Assembly (NCBI GenBank): GCA_951406725.2
Contig: OX597827.1
Span: forward strand, 73,904,001-73,968,000
DNA: 64,000 nucleotides
Reading direction: 5' to 3'
From: Octopus vulgaris
Taxonomy: Eukaryota
Each line of letters opens with the position of its first letter. The first letter of the stretch is position 1. A model generated the notes under the pieces. That model saw only the letters and a program-made list of their open reading frames with translations, ran no database searches and had not been told where the DNA came from. Shown piece by piece: positions 55,431 through 64,000 of this stretch. The translations under genes were made by a program, and so were the position numbers.

Positions 55431-55929
55431 GAAATGAATGCTTTAAGGACTTTCTCGTGGATAGAACTAGTATTGTATTCTTATGAAAATATGCTATGGA
55501 TTTGCATTACTTGAAAAACGATTTAATTATACTGAAACAAAAGGGAAAATTAAGTGACACAGATTAAATTAAATCGTTATTCCTTGGATTCAGTTCCGGA
55601 AACATTCAAACTTTTCTTAGCAAAATCACAGGGTGCTGAAATTTCGTCTCCTCCTGGTTGTTGATATGCCATAGCAGCAGCAGGAGTGCCTGTTAGCAAT
55701 AGCAGAGGCTTCATTGCTTCTGGATGTAGCAGATATGGGTGTATTGGAAACTTCAGGAAAAGTTTCAGCAGAACTGGATGTAGTTGTCTCCCTTTCTCTC
55801 TTGGATCAATGTTTAGTTACGAAAGATGTTTCCTTGTTGATGCCTTGTTATTATGTTGTACAATCGCTGATTTCATATTGAGAAAATCGTAAGTTTGGTG
55901 TGTCTTATTTGCAAATGTGTCTGTATATT

Positions 55930-56690
55930 CACGGAGTTCTATTTAACTGTATTCTTGTATGTTAATTTGTGATCTATCAAAAGTTATGGGTTAACTGAAA
56001 GACTCTCCCGTTTCTCCAATATAATGCTCTCCGTATTATGAGCATGCTATTTCATAGATCAGGTTAAGTTATTTCTTGATTGAGAAAACTTTTCCTTGCT
56101 TAAAATGTATTTCTGACCCATCTGTCTGATTATAAAATATAGCACAGTTGGTTCTTGCCGTTTTTTTTCTCAACTGTTTATTCTGTTGTTATTGTTTGAA
56201 ATCTGATCTTTGTTATTTTCTTCGTTGATTCGGTTGCTTTTTTTTTTGCTTTTTATGATTATATGTGCTTAAAAAATTTGGTTCAAGCTGGGATCGTTTT
56301 CTGTAACAGTGTGTTTTGAAATATGATATAAGCTTCATTGTTTTGGGGATTGTATGTGCAAATATATAATAGGATTTTCAATTCCGTCATACTTCTATGT
56401 TTTGTTTGTCTGGATTCCTAGGTATTGTATTTTGTGGTTCGTTGTATTTCATTACCAAATAAGGATGGTGAGTAATTCTTGTCAAGGAAAGTATGCTTCA
56501 TTCCTTAAAGATTTATGACACGGATTTATTACCTTTTGGTGAGGTTATAAGGGACTTCTATTCCCGTTTATTGCGCAAGACATGAAGTGAACGGAAGATA
56601 TTGTTTGTACTTTTATAGTCAAATTTTATCACTATTTTGTACTTGATTTTCTATATTGGGATGCTTAGAAATGGGAGTTGGTTACTTTTA
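55930..56690 (-). mobile_element. PLE remnant (RT C-terminus + GIY-YIG), very degraded
   Basis: QYLPFTSC, VPYNL, and NLIYEIAC..EHYIGETG near 56000-56070. Confidence 0.7.
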
Positions 56691-56719
56691 TATTACGTGG
56701 TAAATCGTAGTCAACCACG

Positions 56720-57447
<728 letters not shown>

Positions 57448-57736
57448 TTTGCTAACCCCTTTGGGTAATGTTCCAAATTCTATAATTTCTCTCTATTTTC
57501 ATTCCATAGAATGAAGCTTTCGTGGAAGTGTTTTCAAGTTTCTTGTATACATTTGAATAAACAGTGTCTATATATTCGCAATAATTTTTGGTACATCACA
57601 ATCCTTAGATATTTTATAACTAGATTTGTGAAGATGGGGTTTGTTTTCGTTCCCATCGTGGTCACTGATTTGTATCGAACATTGTCATTGAACGTAATGT
57701 AGTGAGTCTCTAGAATAAACTTTTGTCCTATTACAG

Positions 57737-57799
57737 ATACTTTGACAAGCGGTGAGGAGGCCCATCTTTATAATTATTCAGGATTTAATGCCTGTATTC
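57737..57799 (+). CDS. Candidate internal exon
   Basis: Acceptor cttttgtcctattacAG, donor C|GTAAGT, 63 nt, phase 1-1, open frame TLTSGEEAHLYNYSGFNACI. Confidence 0.5.
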
Positions 57800-58326
57800 G
57801 TAAGTCGCGAAACGACTTGTTATTCCAAAACTTCCAAAACGACTTGTTATTGCCAGCCAGAGATGTGTATACAAATTACATATCATCTAATTGCTGGTGT
57901 AAAAAAGCGTCGCACAAGGAATACAAACTTCAAATTTTGCGCTTGTACATGCTCAATATTGTAAACGCTATCAGTATCACATATGAATGTATTTGCGTTA
58001 GTAATCGCTACAAAGTTGTCATCTTTCCTCAAAAGAAACCCCGTTAAAGATTTCGTTTGTATACTTTGATACTTTGAAATATGGTGTCTTTTGTAACATG
58101 ATACGTCTTTTAGGGGTCTTCCTTACACAGAGTACGGCATCTATGTTGTCTTCACTAACTCCCATACATTATGCGCGAAGTTTAAATATAAATACGTACA
58201 TATGTAAAGCTTTAGCAATACTCAAATTGTAACTAAAGACGCAAATCCAATAAGAAGATTATTAAACTTATAATTATATGAAACAATATTTCAATTTAAA
58301 TATGGTATATATTGTCTTTTATTCAG

Positions 58327-58392
58327 TAAGGCATTTGCCGGTTAGTAGATGGCGGCCATGTTTGGGTCTCCTTGAAGTCCATAACCACCTAA
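58327..58392 (+). CDS. Weak candidate internal exon
   Basis: Good acceptor tgtcttttattcAG, weak donor A|GTATAT, 66 nt, phase 1-1, open frame RHLPVSRWRPCLGLLEVHNHL. Confidence 0.2.
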
Positions 58393-59986
58393 GTATATAT
58401 ATTTCAGCAGTTTAAGTGTACTCACAGTTTCACAGAAATATCCTATTGTAATCTTAAGCAAACTGAAAAAATATCTGGTAGTCCCCTTACAAGTCTACTT
58501 CGGGGATGACCGACCTCTCATCTGAGAATCTATAAGAGGATCTTCCAGTCAATTAACAAACTTCATGCGCTTGAAGGCTAAATTTCTGTGTGAAATTTAT
58601 GATATTGAATAAAATAATTTATAGGAAGCCATCTCTAAAAGGTCGGGCAGCGTGCCTGAACATTTTTCCATGCATCAGTTCACGTTTCACAAGAGTGAAA
58701 TAACTGTTCTTCCGCTTTTTGTGGAGAGAATGTTTTCCAGTGGACAAATGATCCATTTGCTATTTGCACATAGTATATAGTGGAGAGGGCATGTCATGTA
58801 GAATGATACGGTGGCCAACACTGAGGCTACGTGATCAATAATTTTTTTGATTTTGAACAAGTGTGGTCACTATGTTCTACAGTTTTTTTATTGGCAAAAC
58901 TGCAGTTCTACGTCAAGCGAAAATCGAGGGAAGACAATGGGCATCTGGAATATCATCAGGTGCTCAACACCCTCTACATGTCGAGCAATACGTTAGATGG
59001 AAGTTGCACGTTGCTGCTCTAGGGAAGATTTGTGATGGAGAAATAATTTGCTGGTCGAAGAAATTTCGGGCCGGGAGCAATGTATAATTTCAAGTAATCC
59101 ATGACTTGGCGGTGGTCCCGAAGGACTGGGGATGATTTGCCAATTTGAGATAAACTCTAAAAACCCGATATAAGCTATCCTGTTCGAGATGCGCGCAGAG
59201 CGCGGAAACTTTTCTAGATGCACTCGTCGAGTCCCGAGCATTGCTCATACGTGGAGTTATGTGGGAGTCATTGCTTACTGTCACTATAAGTGGATTATGT
59301 AATCATCTGAATTCATTGTGAATATCATCATTATGCCTTACCTTGGACCGGGAAAGATGGGATGTTTTAATCTACCTGCTAATTCTAGTGGAAGAGAATA
59401 TGTGGTGGACGAGATTCGCTTTTGGCCAAGACGATATCAAGTTTTTCATTGTCACTTAAACATGGAAAATGGGAGCAGAAAATGCTGCTTTTCAGCAAAT
59501 TAGTTGATTTTGTCAACTATTTGTGATTGATAAAGAGATTATCATCATCACCATCATTATTCTCGATGTAATCGACTTAACAACTTCCTGAAATTACTGG
59601 CCTTTTTATCGAAATTTGAAAGCGTTATTATTGTTGCAGTTGTTGTTGTTTTTGTAAGGCGGCAACCAAGTAGAATCGACAGGGCACCGGACAAAATTGC
59701 TTAGCAATATTTCTTTCGACTTCACCTTCTGAATTCTAATTTCCCTGTTGTTTACTTTACATTTTACCGTCCGATTCGGGAACGATGAAATAAGAACTAG
59801 TTGAGTACTGGGGTCGATGTAATCTCTGAAATCTTTCGCACATTTATATGACAATCAGATTCAATTATGGCTTTCATTCGGTCTTTATCGTCACAGCAGG
59901 TCGACCAGAACGTTGATCAATTTTGGGTGAAAAAACAAATTCTGACGTGCCTTCAACACCATAAACTTCGTACATTTCTTTCTCAG

Positions 59987-60086
59987 TAGCTCTCTTGCCT
60001 TTTAAAAAAGCAAAATATGGCGAAAATGTCCGTTTTCGCACTGAACTAACAGCTGGAAACGAAATTACGCGCAATTTGCATCTAAG
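59987..60086 (+). CDS. Candidate internal exon
   Basis: Acceptor atttctttctcAG (NAGNAG), strong donor AAG|GTAAGT, phase 1 to 2, reads ALLPFKKAKYGENVRFRTELTAGNEITRNLHL. Confidence 0.6.
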
Positions 60087-60515
60087 GTAAGTTAAGAGTA
60101 ACGTCTATCAAATGTCAAAAGGAGAAAATTATAACATTCACAAAAGTCATTTAAAAATATTGTAACTATTTGCGGAAAATGAAATTATTTTCTTGCCAGC
60201 CCAATATATATATATATGTTAAATTGAAAAATGTGAGCAAGATTAACAATATTCTTAAGTACTTACTAAACCTGGAAAAGTACAGGACAAGAAGAGTAAG
60301 TCTAAAATAAAAGAAAAGAGCTTAAAATATTGCAGCTGACCAATCAATTACGCGTAGTCATGTCTCGTTTCTCTGTTTGTTTTTCTCGTTGTTCGAAAAA
60401 AATGTTCGTTTTCTGTTTTTGTTTTTATGTTAAAGTTTCTCATTGTGTTGAACGATTTTTTGATGTCCTGTACCTAAATTTGCATGTATATGTTATATTA
60501 TATATATATATATAT

Positions 60516-60550
<35 letters not shown>

Positions 60551-60633
60551 CTCCATACATACACACACATACATACATACATACATACATACAAACATAC
60601 ATACATACATACATACATACATACATACATACA

Positions 60634-60669
<36 letters not shown>

Positions 60670-61440
60670 TATATATATTCATTTCATTTTTATATAAATA
60701 TATAGGTTTCAAATTCTGGCACAGGTGCAACTATTTCGTGGGAAGTTGATAATATTGATCTCAGTAATCAACTGATAGCTTAACGACCTCAAATGGATGA
60801 AAAGTAAAATGGAAATTGAACTCAGAAACGGATGAAATACCGTTAAGCCCTTCGTGCGCGACGTTCTAACGATTCCCCTACCTCACCGTTTTAGGAGACG
60901 AAATGCTGTTAGGCATTTTGTTCGACGTGATAACGTTTCTCCCAGCTCAGCGCCTTCCTTCTTCAGAGTATTAGATCTCACAATCTCACGACATGTTTCA
61001 CTATAACATAGTGATGGAAGGATTGTTTTGTATTTTCTTTCACAATGTAAATATAAACTGAATAGAGGCTGTTCCTTCGAGTATATACACCAGGACTAAT
61101 ACAGCTGCATCTTCGGAAAATAAAAGAACATTTTTACAATATTTGTAACCTCTTTCTATAATCAGAATAAAACTTGTAGTTTCTTTGTGTTAATATTTGT
61201 CGTAATTCAAATGTAAAAAATCTCTTTTGTTTCTAAAATATACCATTACTTATCTGAACACTTGTTCACGTTTGTTGCTATTCGCATTCATTTTCCGATT
61301 TTTCAGTTTAATAATCTAAACTTATTTCTTTATATACAGGAAAATATCATGAATTCATAAAGAACGAGTCGAGCACGTATTCCTATTTATTTTCCTCTGA
61401 TAACAAACAGGCAAAGAAACCCCAAATAGAATACATTCAG

Positions 61441-61487
61441 AAACACATACAGATTTAGTACTGTAGAAATTTACAGTAATTTTAGAG
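61441..61487 (+). CDS. Candidate small exon
   Basis: Donor GAG|GTGAGA with a weak acceptor (acattcAG). Phase 2 to 1 bridges the flanking exons and reads NTYRFSTVEIYSNFR. Confidence 0.4.
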
Positions 61488-62560
61488 GTGAGAAACAACA
61501 TTTCATATTCTATTATATTGTTGATAATGATTGTTGTGGTTATATTTTTCATGACAATAAATCGAAATTAATTCGTTTTAAATACACAGTATTCAGATAT
61601 TATCAATTGAATGACAATATAATATTATTTTATGAAAGTATCAAAATATTGGTTCACGTTGACTGAGCACGTTTTTTAATGCTCATGAGAAAATTTATAA
61701 CGATCATTCCAAGTGAGCAGAATCTCTGAAATTATTGGCAACGTGGTATATACGTAGATTCTTACAAGTTTGTGTAAAATCCAAACTGGAATTAGTGCAG
61801 GGTGGTTCTTATTTTATCGACCCCAGAAGAATTAGAGGCGAAGTCGGGCTCGGCAGAATTTAAGAGGAAAGCGCCGGAATGAATGCTAGTTTGCCACCTA
61901 AAATAATGTTAATAATGCAAGTATTTCAGTGCAAAGGTACACCTTTCCTTACCATTTGCTCTCTCTCTCTCTTCTCTTCCTTTCATCAATATATTTATCA
62001 ATTTCACGAATGTCGGCTGATTTCAGAGCACGTCTAAGAAAAATAGTCGGTGGTATTTAATAGTTTTCTCTATGCAGACATAAAAAGCCCAAAATATTTA
62101 GCAGAAAGGACACTGCAAGAGTCATACTTACTCAAGTGCATTGATAATGTCAGAAAAATGAAATCACTGCAAATTAGTATCGAAATGTAGTCATGGATCT
62201 GGCTGACAGGGTGCTAAATATACCATATATATTAAAAGGCAGCTGATACAATGATGTTGATGATGAAGATGGTGATTTGCAGTTTTTAAAGGAGCAGTTA
62301 AGGGCTGTGAAGTAGATCTCGTGACATATACACTGATGTGGATACATACGTATCCATGCATATATATAAATATATGTGTATGTGTGACTATTGAGTTGAT
62401 TTGACTCTTATTTCTAGCAATACTATTTACTTTAATAAATACACACATACACGCAGACGCACGCGCACCATACATACACACATATGTTGTCTTTATGTTT
62501 ACTTAAACCTGACATTTACTGACCTATTTTTATGTATATTGTATATTCTGTTCTCTCTAG

Positions 62561-62703
62561 ATTCAACAATGAACGTCACCTATCCAAGAGGAATGGAATG
62601 CGAACTAAAACCCAACGCAAATAGAACAATTTGTACCGGTGACGTAAAGAGTTATATATTGATATTAATGGGAAAGCTGGAGTTTATCGTATTAAGTTAT
62701 TTG
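62561..62703 (+). CDS. Candidate internal exon (3' reading frame ambiguous)
   Basis: Strong acceptor tattctgttctctctAG, donor TTG|GTATGT, reads (D)STMNVTYPRGMECELKPNANRTICTGDVKSY... Confidence 0.65.
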
Positions 62704-63667
62704 GTATGTTGATTTCTCACATTAAGAGCGATTTCTAGTTGTTTATTCAAATGTATTTGTGGTATTTCATGTCATGCATTATCAGTGATACCAAAACCTA
62801 TTATCAAACGACTATTTATCACACATCTTATCATCGAAACAATTTGTTTATTGAAAAAACTTTAAGAAAACGTATTTTCAAAAGACACCATATTACTGAA
62901 ACGATACTTATTTTCATCTAAGCCTCTTGACATTGAATTGATTTTTTAAAAAGTATTTTGTAAAATACTTTATTTTTGTATGCGGATTGCAAGACTCTTG
63001 ATTCGAATTCGTGTGTGGAAACGAATCTTGTGTTGGGAGGGTCATTGCCCCAGTAAACATACGTAACAAACTAACTAACCGATCGTTTGTTTTATGTGTT
63101 CGTTAAGCAATCGTTTGCTTGTGTGTCAAGGTGATTTCGTTGCTATTCCTGACCTCATCAATGACATTTCCTTTGTTTTAAATTTCTCCCTTGAGTCTGT
63201 CTGAGAATTATTCCTACGCCTGTGTTTAGGTATGCTTGTATGAGTGCATGTAGATGAGGAGTAGCTTATAAGAGAGGGGGGGAGAATAAACGAAGTGTGT
63301 GTTTGTGTGTGTGTGTGTGTGTGTATCTGTGTGGTTGTGTATATATACTCATATGCCTGCCTGTATTTGTGATTTTGTGTTCGTGAGCATGAGTGAATTG
63401 TAAGTAACCACACATCTACATACACACGAACTATCATACACGCTCAGAGGCATAAGAATGATTCTCAGACTGACTCAAGGCAGACCTTTAAAAGAGAAGG
63501 CATGTTATTGAATTAATTTATGAAAAAGTAAAATAATTGTATCTTTTGTGCGGTTTGAAATAATTTTCAACTTAAGATAAAGATTTTATATATATAAATA
63601 TAAATAAACAAATAATAAAAGAATGTATTAATTGTTATACGAAATAAGTTCGAAAGATGACAGATAT

Positions 63668-63985
63668 TTCTGCTTCAGTCATTGGACTGCGGCCATACTG
63701 GGGCACTGTATTGAAAAGTTTTATTTGGTCGAATGAATCGACCTCATTACTTATTATGCAAATGTAAACCAACACTGGTCATCAAGATATTGTGGGAGAA
63801 CCACACACCACACACACACACACACACACATATGTTACACACGAAAAGCTCCTTTCAGTTTCCGTTTGCTAAATACACCAGAAAACTTTGGTCGGCTCGG
63901 GGTTATAGCAGAAGACTTATCCAAGGCGCGAGGGAATAGGACTTGAACCCAGACAAATCTGATTGTGAAGCAAACTTTTTACCCT
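63668..63985 (-). mobile_element. SINE family B, old diverged copy
   Basis: cttcagtcattggactgcggccatactggggcac tail and ctttcagtttccg body. Confidence 0.6.
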
Positions 63986-64000
63986 GATAATAACTTTCAG

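Noticed and set aside
61340-61458. Alternative acceptor tttctttatatacAG at 61339
   Set aside because: Gives an immediate stop in the phase required by the preceding exon; cannot be excluded as an alternative terminal exon.

Overview
AT-rich, repeat-dense eukaryotic genomic DNA. The two tRNA-derived SINE families and the (TA)n/(TG)n/(TATC)n load suggest an octopus/cephalopod genome (inference). Most of the window is transposon debris: CR1-like, R4/Dong-like and RTE-like LINEs, Penelope-like elements (PLEs), two mariner relics, a Helitron-like element, SINEs, and tandem duplications at about 9-23 kb. A spliced + strand host gene that the ORF track does not assemble appears to start at a signal-peptide exon (24777-24852). 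It continues through Cys-rich/EGF-like exons at 45312 and 48413 and several small exons to 62703, and probably beyond the window. The most notable hidden signal is a set of minimal type I hammerhead-ribozyme motifs, each with a palindromic stem III. They sit in short non-coding PLE-type repeats, usually next to (TA)n tracts. They include a tandem pair 506 bp apart (retrozyme-like unit) and variant cores (UUGAUGA, CCGAUGA, CUGUGGA). All calls are by eye; TE boundaries are approximate and nothing was searched or folded computationally.
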